From a virus (lineage: Duplodnaviria; Caudoviricetes): a DNA stretch of 64,000 bases. Below, one piece after another: positions 8,684 through 16,782 of the stretch (position 1 is its first letter; every line of letters begins with the position of its first letter). The DNA lies in the IMG/VR virus record IMGVR_UViG_3300033068_001402, positions 7,551 through 71,550 of that record; one strand, given 5' to 3'. Position numbers and translations under genes: made by a program. The notes below the pieces were generated by a model. That model was given only the letters and a program-made list of their open reading frames with translations, searched no databases and had not been told where the DNA came from.

Positions 8684-8994
8684 TGGGCGGCTCTCGGGCA
8701 GCCCGCGACCACCGGTTCGAGTTCACCCAGGCGCGCGGCGCGCAGGGGTCGGCCGGCGGCCAGAAGCTGGTAGCGCGTGGCGGCGTCAGGGGCCTGACGC
8801 AGCGCCTCGTCCGTGTCCGGATATTCCGGCGTGGCGCCGAGCCCGGCGGGGACGCAGGGCGACGCCACGGGCACGGCCACCTCGACGGTGACGACGCGCG
8901 GCTCGGGCGCGGCCCCCGTGGTGGCGCAGGCGCCCAGGGTCAGCGCGGCGGCGCAAGCGCCGAGGCGCGTGACGACGGTTGTGTTGGCGGTCAC
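8680..8994 (-). CDS. Outer-membrane lipoprotein spanin (Rz1-like)
   Basis: Lipobox LTLGA/C, Pro-rich, follows the Rz-like gene. Confidence 0.8.
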   Translation of the reverse strand: MTANTTVVTRLGACAAALTLGACATTGAAPEPRVVTVEVAVPVASPCVPAGLGATPEYPDTDEALRQAPDAATRYQLLAAGRPLRAARLGELEPVVAGCPRAAQ

Positions 8995-9431
8995 TTCAAC
9001 TGCTCCAGCAGACGCCCGTCCACATCGAGGACGCGCTGTTCAAGGGTGTCGCCCTGCGGCGGCCGGGCCAGCATCGCCGCGGCGTCGCGCCGAGCCTTGG
9101 CGGTCTCACGCTGTGCGGCCTGCAGCCGGGCTTCCGTGGCGGCTAGACGCGCGGCGTCGGCGGCGGCCTTGGCTCGCAGATCCGCGACTTGGCGCTCCAG
9201 CGCCGTCTTGACCTGGATGGTGTTGGTCTGCGCCTGCGCCAGTTTGACGACGTAGCCGGTCGAGGGGTTGCTGATGCGGTCGTCGAGGGCGCGGTTCAGC
9301 TCGGCCACGCGATGGTTCTCGACCTGCGCGGCGATCAGGAAGCCGGACGTCACCAGCAGCGCAACCGCGGCGGCACTCGCACCGATCTGCCAGGCGAACT
9401 TCGAGAACAGGATCTTGGCGGCACCCAGCAT
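8991..9431 (-). CDS. Inner-membrane spanin (Rz-like)
   Basis: N-terminal TM helix followed by Ala-rich coiled coil. Confidence 0.75.
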   Translation of the reverse strand: MLGAAKILFSKFAWQIGASAAAVALLVTSGFLIAAQVENHRVAELNRALDDRISNPSTGYVVKLAQAQTNTIQVKTALERQVADLRAKAAADAARLAATEARLQAAQRETAKARRDAAAMLARPPQGDTLEQRVLDVDGRLLEQLK

Positions 9432-9434
9432 CGG

Positions 9435-10025
9435 TCAGGCCTCGTTCGTGGAGATGGCCCCGCTACGGGCGAGTCGGTACGGCTTCACAGTGTCAGGGGG
9501 GCTGGTGTACGCGGGGCGTCTGACGGCCACGCAGCGGGACTTGGCGATCCAGGTGATGCTGACCGAGTCAGACTGATTCCCACCTAGGGTACAGAAGTAG
9601 TTGTCGTCTTCGCCGATGTAGAAGCCGACGTGGCCGCCACCCTCGCGGCGGAAGACCAGCACGTCACCGAGCGACGCGGCCTTGCCGGGGAGGAAGACCA
9701 GCGGATTGCTGACGCTCAGGCCCTTGCGGATCGCGACGGCCGTGCCGAAGCCCGACCAGTTCAGCGCGTAGAGCGGGCCGGCGGGGATGTTCTTGCCGGC
9801 GCGCTTGGCGATGACTGCGGCATACAAACCGCACCACGGCACCTGATCGGCGGTGTACTTGTAGCCGAGCGCCGGGACCCCGACCTCCGCCGCCCAGCCC
9901 ATTATGACGGCGCTGTCCCCTTTGCCGGCGACTTCCTTGACCCCGTATTCCTTCAGACCTTCGCTGATGATCCGCGGCAGCAGGCCGATCGTGTTCAGCC
10001 AGTCGTACTGTGCGGTGGCGCTCAT
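9435..10025 (-). CDS. Endolysin, TIGR02594-like NlpC/P60-CHAP peptidase
   Basis: PWCGLY (catalytic Cys), GHVGFY (His), LGGNQSDSV; ATG 10025 overlaps the holin stop. Confidence 0.85.
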   Translation of the reverse strand: MSATAQYDWLNTIGLLPRIISEGLKEYGVKEVAGKGDSAVIMGWAAEVGVPALGYKYTADQVPWCGLYAAVIAKRAGKNIPAGPLYALNWSGFGTAVAIRKGLSVSNPLVFLPGKAASLGDVLVFRREGGGHVGFYIGEDDNYFCTLGGNQSDSVSITWIAKSRCVAVRRPAYTSPPDTVKPYRLARSGAISTNEA

Positions 10026-10315
10026 TCTGGCGCCACCGGGTTGGTCGCGGCGGTGGCATTGGCCTTGGCGACGCCGCGGTCCTTCAGGCTGACACCGAGG
10101 CCGCCCAGTCCGAGGATGGTGGCGAGACCTCCGCCGAACCCGGTGCCGAACTCGATCATGCTGAAGGCCTGGTCGCGGTAGACCGCGATACCCTGGAAGG
10201 CGAGCGCGCCGAAGATGAAGACCAGGGTGCCCAGCACCCACAGGACCCGGCCGGCGTCATAGGAGACGTTGCCGGGTCCGCGCAGCAGGTCGTTCAGGAA
10301 GCCATCGGCGCGCAT
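10022..10315 (-). CDS. Putative holin
   Basis: Two hydrophobic segments, directly upstream of endolysin. Confidence 0.65.
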   Translation of the reverse strand: MRADGFLNDLLRGPGNVSYDAGRVLWVLGTLVFIFGALAFQGIAVYRDQAFSMIEFGTGFGGGLATILGLGGLGVSLKDRGVAKANATAATNPVAPE

Positions 10316-10320
10316 CAGCG

Positions 10321-10683
10321 TCAGGCCTTGCGGACCAGAACGCGCAGGGTGGCCGAGGCCAGGTTCAGGTCGGCGCCCGTTTCGTTGAGCAGCACGACCG
10401 TCACCGTGTCGGCGGCCGAGACGTAGCCGTGAAGCAGGCCGCCCGCGGCGTCGATGCTCAGCGAGACGGAGGTGACGTGGTCGCCGAGTGCGGCGTCGGT
10501 CACGGTGACCGTGGTCGAGGCGCGCGCGCCGTCCACGACGTTGGCGAAGTCGTGCGTCTTGGAGCCGGCCAGCACCTCACCCACGGCGTCGGCCAGACCC
10601 TCGAAGTTCGCCTTCAGAGAGTCAGCGTGCAGGCCGAGGCCGAGGAAGTCGGTTTCGAGGTTCAGGTTGTTGGTCTTGGCCAT
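10321..10683 (-). CDS. Putative virion protein (beta-rich, cement/fibre-like)
   Basis: TVTVTDAALGD..YVSAADTVTVVLLNETG pattern; position in late region. Confidence 0.5.
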   Translation of the reverse strand: MAKTNNLNLETDFLGLGLHADSLKANFEGLADAVGEVLAGSKTHDFANVVDGARASTTVTVTDAALGDHVTSVSLSIDAAGGLLHGYVSAADTVTVVLLNETGADLNLASATLRVLVRKA

Positions 10684-10711
10684 GATGTCGTATCTCTCTA
10701 AGGTTGAAACA

Positions 10712-10726
10712 TCACTATGTTGGTGA
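10712..10726. promoter_or_regulatory. 15-bp operator-like motif
   Basis: TCACT-ATGTT-GGTGA in intergenic region. Confidence 0.6.
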
Positions 10727-10763
10727 AAGACATAGCACGGGAACGCACGAACGCCAAACAGGT

Positions 10764-11864
10764 CTACGCCAGGGACACCAGTTGCCAGCTCAGCAGGTCC
10801 AGTTCATTACCCAGATCCCCGCCACCCGCGTTGTTGGCGTTGTAGCCGAAGCCGACATGGGTGGCCGGGTTGGTCAGGAATCCGAACAGCGCGGTCGCGG
10901 CCCACCGCTTGGCGACCGCCCAGTAGACCCCGTCGAGAGACGTGTAGAAGATGCAGTCGGTGCCGTCGTAGACGAGACGCAGCCAGAAATCGCTGCGCCA
11001 CGGGTACTGGTTGCCGCCGAGACTCACCTGGGCGCTGAAGGTGGTGTCGTTGCTGAAGTTGACCGTCCCGATGCCGAGCGACTCAAAGGTGAAGCCGATG
11101 ATCGAGGAGCGCCCGGACGCCGCATCGCGCACGACCAGTCCAAAGGCGTTCCACGACGTCATGCGGGTGTGACGACGCATACGAGCCCTGACATCCCACG
11201 TTGTGTCGGGGATCGGCTTCAGCGCGGCCCGCAGCAGGTTGGTGTTCCCGTACTCGTAGACGTCCTCGCGCAGGCGCACGCCCGCGACCGGGTCGGTGAA
11301 GTCGTCCAGGTGGGTCTTGGTCGCGTCGAAGTTCTGCTGCGTCCAGGTGCTGGCGATGGGCGGGGCCGTGAACGCCCCCTCGGAGCCTGAGCCACCGCCA
11401 CCGCCGCCGCCGTCGATCGTGACGTCCGCCACCCCTCCCCCGGCATCGCTGACCGTCACCCCCGAGCCGATGAAGTTGAGCCCCGTCAACGTGGCGATGA
11501 CGGTCGATCCTTCGTCCTTGGCCGAGACGGCGCCCACGACCGCGTCGTTCCATGCGCTGCCGCTCCAGCGCACCCGCTTGCTCACGTCCTTGACCCACGC
11601 TTCCCAGCCGACCTTGGGCGTCAGGTAGACCCACGCGCCGTTGTCGCGCACAGCGACCTTCCACTGATTCGCGCCGGCCGTGGGTACGATGTAGAGCGTC
11701 CCGTCCGTGGGCGAGCCTGGCAGCGTGGTCGTCATGGACTCGACGGTCAGTTGGGCGACGGCCGACATCGTCAGCAGGTTGGTGTTCATTTCGTCGGTCC
11801 AGCCGCCGTCGCCGGAGCCGTAGCCTCCGGTCAGTCCCAAGCCGGGCAGGGATCGTCTGGTCAT
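10764..11864 (-). CDS. Tail fibre/receptor-binding protein (DUF2793-like N-terminus, ConA-like C-terminus)
   Basis: PGSPTDGTLYIV..DNGAWVYLTPKVGWEAWV..WSGSAW, Gly linker, beta-sandwich C-terminus. Confidence 0.75.
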   Translation of the reverse strand: MTRRSLPGLGLTGGYGSGDGGWTDEMNTNLLTMSAVAQLTVESMTTTLPGSPTDGTLYIVPTAGANQWKVAVRDNGAWVYLTPKVGWEAWVKDVSKRVRWSGSAWNDAVVGAVSAKDEGSTVIATLTGLNFIGSGVTVSDAGGGVADVTIDGGGGGGGSGSEGAFTAPPIASTWTQQNFDATKTHLDDFTDPVAGVRLREDVYEYGNTNLLRAALKPIPDTTWDVRARMRRHTRMTSWNAFGLVVRDAASGRSSIIGFTFESLGIGTVNFSNDTTFSAQVSLGGNQYPWRSDFWLRLVYDGTDCIFYTSLDGVYWAVAKRWAATALFGFLTNPATHVGFGYNANNAGGGDLGNELDLLSWQLVSLA

Positions 11865-11887
11865 TCGTCGTTCTCTATGCTGTCAAA

Positions 11888-14245
11888 TCAAGGGGTCATG
11901 GTCAGTTCGTCGAACCGCCAGTCTGGAATGGTCGGGAACTCGGTTCCCGGGTCGGGATCGTCGCCGCCGCCGCCGGGCGGAGGTTCGGGCGGAGGAACCC
12001 CGCCGCCGCCGTCGCCGCCCCAGTCTTCACCCCACTCGTCGCCGAAGCCGAACGGGCGGACTTTGACGCGGATTCGCAAGCCTTGGAGCGACTCCAGTCC
12101 GTCGCGCACCGAGATGACCTCCACATCGCCGAGCGCGTAGTCGTCGAAGGAGGCGATGGGGATCGAGAACGACGTGCCCGTCAGACCCGCGTGGGTTGTC
12201 AGCAGGGTGCCGTTGGGGTGGTAAACCCTGATGGTCGTCGTCTGTCCGGCCTCGGGAGCCACTGTGGCGTCGGTCCATCCGAGAACCACCGTGTCTTCCA
12301 GAAGGCGGTTCCGGTTGGACCAGGTGACGTCGACGGTCGACGGCGGCGTGGCGGATAGATCCACCACGTTGAAGGAGGCGCCGCCCACGGTCACGTTCGC
12401 AGGGCGCGAAGGCAGGTGCGGTCGGCCGGTCAGGGTAGCCCCGATCACAGGGGCATCTGCCTGGGCGAGTTGGCCGCGCGAGGTCCGCGTCAGCAGCTTG
12501 TAGCGCACGGGCTCACCCGCGGACCGGATGGCGCTGGTGTCCAGGAAATCGGTGTCGCGCTCGACGAACCAGATCGGAGTGCCGCTTGGCCAGGCGCGCG
12601 GGACCGTGTCCAGCACGCCGCGCTTCAGCAAATACCCATCCTCGTCGATCGACTGGATCAGGGCGATCTCCTGATAGACCTCAGTCGTCGCGCCGATGAA
12701 CAGGAAGCCCGCCAGCCTCGGCGACGTCCGACCCACGATCGCCGGGAAGCTCTCGATCAGGGTGGTCGCCTCGGCCAGAAGCGCAGTGGTCGTGATGCAG
12801 TGGCCGAGGATCGGCTTGGAGGCGATGACCTCGCCGGCTTGATCGCCGTTGGGCAGCGTGGTGACCTGAGCGATGTCGTAGGCGACGACGTCGTTGCCCG
12901 CTTGACTGGCGAGAACGGCGGCCAGCACTTCCGGGTAGTCGAGGATTTCGGCGTTGGCGGCATCGAGCGCGGCCGAGGCGAAGAAGGTCGGCGCGGTGAT
13001 GACGCGAACCGTGTCGATCGGAGTCGGGTCCGCGGAGGGGTCTGACCACTGGCTGCCGTCCGGCACGGTGTAGGCTGCGCTGGGCAGCGAGAAGATGTCC
13101 TCGTGAGCGCTGATGCCGATCTTGGGCTGCCCCGGCTTGCCGTAGTCGATCTTGACGATCCGCAGGACCATCCCCTCGATCTCGTACTCCGGGTAGTTCA
13201 GGACCACACAGCCGCCGGGCGTGAAGTCCCACGCCTCGCGGTTGACGTCGATCTCGAAGGTGGCCAGCGGCGCCGCAGCGGAGGAGAGGTCGCGCTTGGC
13301 CAGATACATCGCCAGGTCGACGTTGCGGACGCCATAGTAGTTGCGCGAGTCCGAGATGATCTCGCCGCCCTGGATCGTGATGTTCGCCAGATCCTGTGCG
13401 CTGACGGTCTCGTCTTGCTCGTTCGCCGGGTTGGTCCAGGTGACGACGATCTCGTTGGTCGTCTCGCCGAACAGCTTGCGGTCGAACTTGTTGACCACGC
13501 AGTTGGTGGGGTCCAACACCGGCAGGTCGTCCAGATCGTAGTCGTCGCGGATCAGCTTGAGCGTCAGCAGGCCGGTGCGAGGGTTGACGAACAGCGTCGC
13601 CTGGATGTGGTCGATGACCTCGCTGACGAAGGCCTCGATGGTGGACTGCCTCGTCCACTGCATCGACAGACCGAAACCCTCCTCCAGCAGGGCGGCGGCG
13701 CAGGACTCAAACGACGGGTGGTCGATGATGTCGGCCGGCGCGCCCATGCCCCAGTCGGTGCTTCGCAGGCACTCGTAGATGATGGCCGCCGGGTTGGCGT
13801 CCGGACCGATCATCTGCAGCGGAGTCGACAGGCCGTGGGGGGCGCGGCGCACCTTCGCCCAGATCGAGCGCAGATAGGGGTTGTTGGCGCCCCAGATGAA
13901 GCCTTGCGAGCCGCCATGGAAGAAGATCGACGCCAGTCCGCGATAGGCAGGGCACGTCGACGGCGTGCGCCCGAGCTTCCCGGCCAGCAGGCTCGGCATC
14001 AACTGGCTGTCCTCGCCCGGGAGATAGTGGGCCGTGCCGAGCAGGCCGCCCTCCTTTTTGGGGCCGCCGAACAGGTTGGAGTTGTTGATGGCGATCGAGG
14101 TTTCCGCCTCGGCCTCGCCCATCCAGGCGGACTTCTCGCCCACGGTGATTTCGAGCAGTGCGTCCACGGGGCCGTGACAGATGCCGTAGTGCAACGACAT
14201 CAGGTAGTCGTTGACCTCCTGCTTGCCCTGTGACGACTTACCCAT
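11888..14245 (-). CDS. Central tail/baseplate host-specificity protein
   Basis: YLMSLHYGICHGPVD, PAYRGLAS, NPAAIIYECL, F..CAAALLEEGFGLS motifs of B3/D3112-type tail proteins. Confidence 0.85.
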   Translation of the reverse strand: MGKSSQGKQEVNDYLMSLHYGICHGPVDALLEITVGEKSAWMGEAEAETSIAINNSNLFGGPKKEGGLLGTAHYLPGEDSQLMPSLLAGKLGRTPSTCPAYRGLASIFFHGGSQGFIWGANNPYLRSIWAKVRRAPHGLSTPLQMIGPDANPAAIIYECLRSTDWGMGAPADIIDHPSFESCAAALLEEGFGLSMQWTRQSTIEAFVSEVIDHIQATLFVNPRTGLLTLKLIRDDYDLDDLPVLDPTNCVVNKFDRKLFGETTNEIVVTWTNPANEQDETVSAQDLANITIQGGEIISDSRNYYGVRNVDLAMYLAKRDLSSAAAPLATFEIDVNREAWDFTPGGCVVLNYPEYEIEGMVLRIVKIDYGKPGQPKIGISAHEDIFSLPSAAYTVPDGSQWSDPSADPTPIDTVRVITAPTFFASAALDAANAEILDYPEVLAAVLASQAGNDVVAYDIAQVTTLPNGDQAGEVIASKPILGHCITTTALLAEATTLIESFPAIVGRTSPRLAGFLFIGATTEVYQEIALIQSIDEDGYLLKRGVLDTVPRAWPSGTPIWFVERDTDFLDTSAIRSAGEPVRYKLLTRTSRGQLAQADAPVIGATLTGRPHLPSRPANVTVGGASFNVVDLSATPPSTVDVTWSNRNRLLEDTVVLGWTDATVAPEAGQTTTIRVYHPNGTLLTTHAGLTGTSFSIPIASFDDYALGDVEVISVRDGLESLQGLRIRVKVRPFGFGDEWGEDWGGDGGGGVPPPEPPPGGGGDDPDPGTEFPTIPDWRFDELTMTP

Positions 14246-14450
14246 TGGCGGCGTCCTTCTCCAGACGCATCGTCACGACCCGCTGCGCAAAGGCGTCGCC
14301 CGTCGCCAGCAGCGTGGACGCAGGCAGGCCGTCGCGGATGAAGGCGCGGAAGTCGAAGCCGTAGGCCTCGAACCAGCGGCGCGCCCCCGACCCGCAGTGA
14401 CCGGCGCGGGTGACATCCTCCATGCGGATCAGAGGGTCGCTATCCGTCAT
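14238..14450 (-). CDS. Small tail assembly protein
   Basis: HCGSGARRWF..GFDFRAFIRDG pattern, coupled to neighbours. Confidence 0.75.
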   Translation of the reverse strand: MTDSDPLIRMEDVTRAGHCGSGARRWFEAYGFDFRAFIRDGLPASTLLATGDAFAQRVVTMRLEKDAANG

Positions 14451-14674
14451 GCTTTGACCTTGTAGGTGCGGATGCTCTTGTCCCCGAACCAAAGGCAGTT
14501 CAGCCCCTTGACCGTGAGCGTGCCGAAGACGACAGGGATCTCGCGCCCGGCCTCCGCGGTCGGGTTATCCATGTCGCGCGCCGCTTCAGGCTTCGGCCCC
14601 TTGGGCTTCGGCATCAGCAGATAGGCCGCGATGTTCAGCGCGAGGCTGATCAGGAGCGGGATGAACCACAACAT
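14447..14674 (-). CDS. Small tail assembly protein
   Basis: PTAEAGREIPVVFGT..KGLNCLWFGD. Confidence 0.8.
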   Translation of the reverse strand: MLWFIPLLISLALNIAAYLLMPKPKGPKPEAARDMDNPTAEAGREIPVVFGTLTVKGLNCLWFGDKSIRTYKVKA

Positions 14675-14679
14675 GCCTG

Positions 14680-14703
14680 TGTCGTATCACTAAACGGTTG
14701 ACA
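14680..14703 (+). promoter_or_regulatory. 24-bp promoter/operator element, identical to 20548-20571
   Basis: TGTCGTATCACTAAACGGTTGACA; contains the 15-bp motif and TTGACA; TAGTCA lies 18 bp downstream. Confidence 0.7.
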
Positions 14704-14758
14704 CGGGTAGTTGGTGAGGAGTAGTCAACTGGTGTTAGACAGCAATGGATTTCGACCA

Positions 14759-15163
14759 ATGGCTCAACCTCACCAGATAGACCTTTTACCTTGTCCGTTC
14801 TGCGGGGGAGCGGTGACTGGCGCATCGAGCGGCGGACCCGAATGGGTGGAGTGCGACACCTGTCACGCGACAGGCCCTGCAGAACCAAAGCCATTCTCCG
14901 GGGCCGCATGGAACCGCCGCCCCGATGTAAACATCGCGTTGCCCAAACCGGCTTTAGCGCAACCCGATGGCTACACGACAGACGACGAGCTGAAGGCTGT
15001 CATCCGGCAATGGCTGGACGCTGACGACCCTACCGCATGGGGGCCTTTCGAGCGCGCTCTCGACGGGCTGATCAGCGGCGAGCCGCACCGCTGCCCCGTC
15101 TGCGGGTGCCTGTCGCTTGATGGGAAGGCGTACTTCCCTGCCAGAAAAGGAGCGAAGCCATGA
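14759..15163 (+). CDS. Lar-like restriction-alleviation family Zn-finger protein
   Basis: LLPCPFCGG..CDTCHATGP..AAWNRR. Confidence 0.7.
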   Translation: MAQPHQIDLLPCPFCGGAVTGASSGGPEWVECDTCHATGPAEPKPFSGAAWNRRPDVNIALPKPALAQPDGYTTDDELKAVIRQWLDADDPTAWGPFERALDGLISGEPHRCPVCGCLSLDGKAYFPARKGAKP

Positions 15164-15249
15164 GCCCGTGGGAACGCGCTTGGGATCGGTACTTGGCTGG
15201 CGAGAGCTTCGTCACTGCGTTTCGGCATGAGTGGAGGAAAGCCAAATGA
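15160..15249 (+). CDS. Tiny coupled ORF (29 aa)
   Basis: AGGAG RBS, ATGA overlaps at both ends; MSPWERAWDRYLAGESFVTAFRHEWRKAK. Confidence 0.45.
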   Translation: MSPWERAWDRYLAGESFVTAFRHEWRKAK

Positions 15250-15977
15250 CCCAACCTCACTACATAGACCGGGAAGCCGTGCTCCGCGAACTGACCAGCG
15301 CAGCCGCTCGCGTCTTCAACAACATCCACTCCGGCAGATACACACGCGGACAAGTCTGCGACTGGTTGCGCGACCCCATCGACCGCGCACAGGCCGCACT
15401 CGACGCTCCGAGCGCCCCTATGGAGGCTGTGGCTTGGCGGTATCGGCACAAGGGACCGCTGCCCGGCGAGTATGATGGATGGGTTCTGACGACTGACGGG
15501 GGCTTTGTTCGAGGATTTCTCGCCGCACAAGGCGGTTACGAAGTCCAAGCCCTCGCAGTCATCCCCACACAAGGGGGAGGGGGACTGCTTGAAATGACCG
15601 ACGACCCTGACGCCGAGGGCGAAGTCGATAGCAGTGGGATGACCATCAGCAGATTCGGCCATCCCGCGCACAATGTAGGCTGGCCTCCCGTAATCCACGA
15701 AACGACATGGCTGGCAGACGGCGGACAGTTCGTGAGCCTGTTCAAGAGGGGCGAGCGCGTGGTCTATGATAGCCGCATCGCACAGCCCTTCGACCTTATC
15801 GACGCAAAGCTGGCGATCTACCGCGCCAAGCGTGACGCCTACGACCCGTTGGCTGACGACACCCTGAACCGCCGCGATGCCTTCGGCCTGATTGTCGAGG
15901 CGCTGGAAGTGGTCATGACCGTCCTGCGGGCCGAAATGTTCGTGCCGCCGGCAGAAGCCCCTAGTAATACTGGCTGA
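15246..15977 (+). CDS. Hypothetical mosaic phage protein
   Basis: GGAGG RBS; contains the APMEAVAWRY segment typical of early accessory proteins. Confidence 0.65.
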   Translation: MTQPHYIDREAVLRELTSAAARVFNNIHSGRYTRGQVCDWLRDPIDRAQAALDAPSAPMEAVAWRYRHKGPLPGEYDGWVLTTDGGFVRGFLAAQGGYEVQALAVIPTQGGGGLLEMTDDPDAEGEVDSSGMTISRFGHPAHNVGWPPVIHETTWLADGGQFVSLFKRGERVVYDSRIAQPFDLIDAKLAIYRAKRDAYDPLADDTLNRRDAFGLIVEALEVVMTVLRAEMFVPPAEAPSNTG

Positions 15978-16782
15978 CAAATCCCAAAGGATTTTTGGTG
16001 GGTATCCACGGCTGCCCGCCGTAGTTCGGCAGGTTGGCGAACACCGCGCAGCCGGTCATCTGGTGGTCGCAGCCCAGGCTCAACTTGATCACCGTGCCAG
16101 GCAGCAGGCCGCCGACCTTGCCGTTCAGCAGGATCAGGTTGGCATCCGCATCGACGCGCTGGATGGTTCGCAGCTCGACGCCCTCGTCGGTCTCCCATTC
16201 AGCCAGTCCGCCGAGGAAGTTGGCCTTGTCGAAGGCTCCCTGCCACCCGCCCGCGAAGGCGATGGTAGCGCCGCTGACCCCCGTGGGCGTGGTGGTCACG
16301 GTGAAGGCGGCGCGGTTGGCCTTGCACTTGTCACCGTAGAGCGCGTGCGGGCAGCCGTACTGGTAGCGGCGCCGCAGCCCCGGCCGGCGCATCGACGTGG
16401 ACACGGGTTCGCAGGTCAGGTTCGCCTGCGTCTTCTCGCGCCCACAGCTCAGCACCCGGCCTGTCCACACGGCCAGGAACTCGCCATCCGCCTCGTGACC
16501 CTGAAACAGGGTGACAGCGACGACACTGGACGGCGGCGACACCTTGAACAGATCGGCGATCTCGGTGTCGTGGGGCACGTTGATCGACATCTTCGATTTG
16601 TCGAGCGTCCCCGAGGCGACGATCGTGCCGCGCTGGATCGGGATGGGCGCGTAGGTCGTGCCGGCGAAGGTGATCGGCTGCTCGGCGTCGGTGTAGGCGA
16701 ACACTCGCTCCTGCCACGAGAAGCGGTACAGCGTCAGCGGCGCGCCGCGCGTGCGGCTGGTTTCGCGGGCGACGAAAGTCAT
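15961..16782 (-). CDS. Baseplate hub protein (BR0599/DUF2163-like)
   Basis: YTDAEQPI..IQRG, YQYGCPHALY..CK, C-terminal GCDH..C..FANLPNYGGQPWIP. Confidence 0.85.
   Translation of the reverse strand: MTFVARETSRTRGAPLTLYRFSWQERVFAYTDAEQPITFAGTTYAPIPIQRGTIVASGTLDKSKMSINVPHDTEIADLFKVSPPSSVVAVTLFQGHEADGEFLAVWTGRVLSCGREKTQANLTCEPVSTSMRRPGLRRRYQYGCPHALYGDKCKANRAAFTVTTTPTGVSGATIAFAGGWQGAFDKANFLGGLAEWETDEGVELRTIQRVDADANLILLNGKVGGLLPGTVIKLSLGCDHQMTGCAVFANLPNYGGQPWIPTKNPLGFVSQYY

Noticed and set aside
10764-14245. Diversity-generating retroelement or invertible tail-fibre switch
   Set aside because: No reverse transcriptase, invertase or duplicated template region seen
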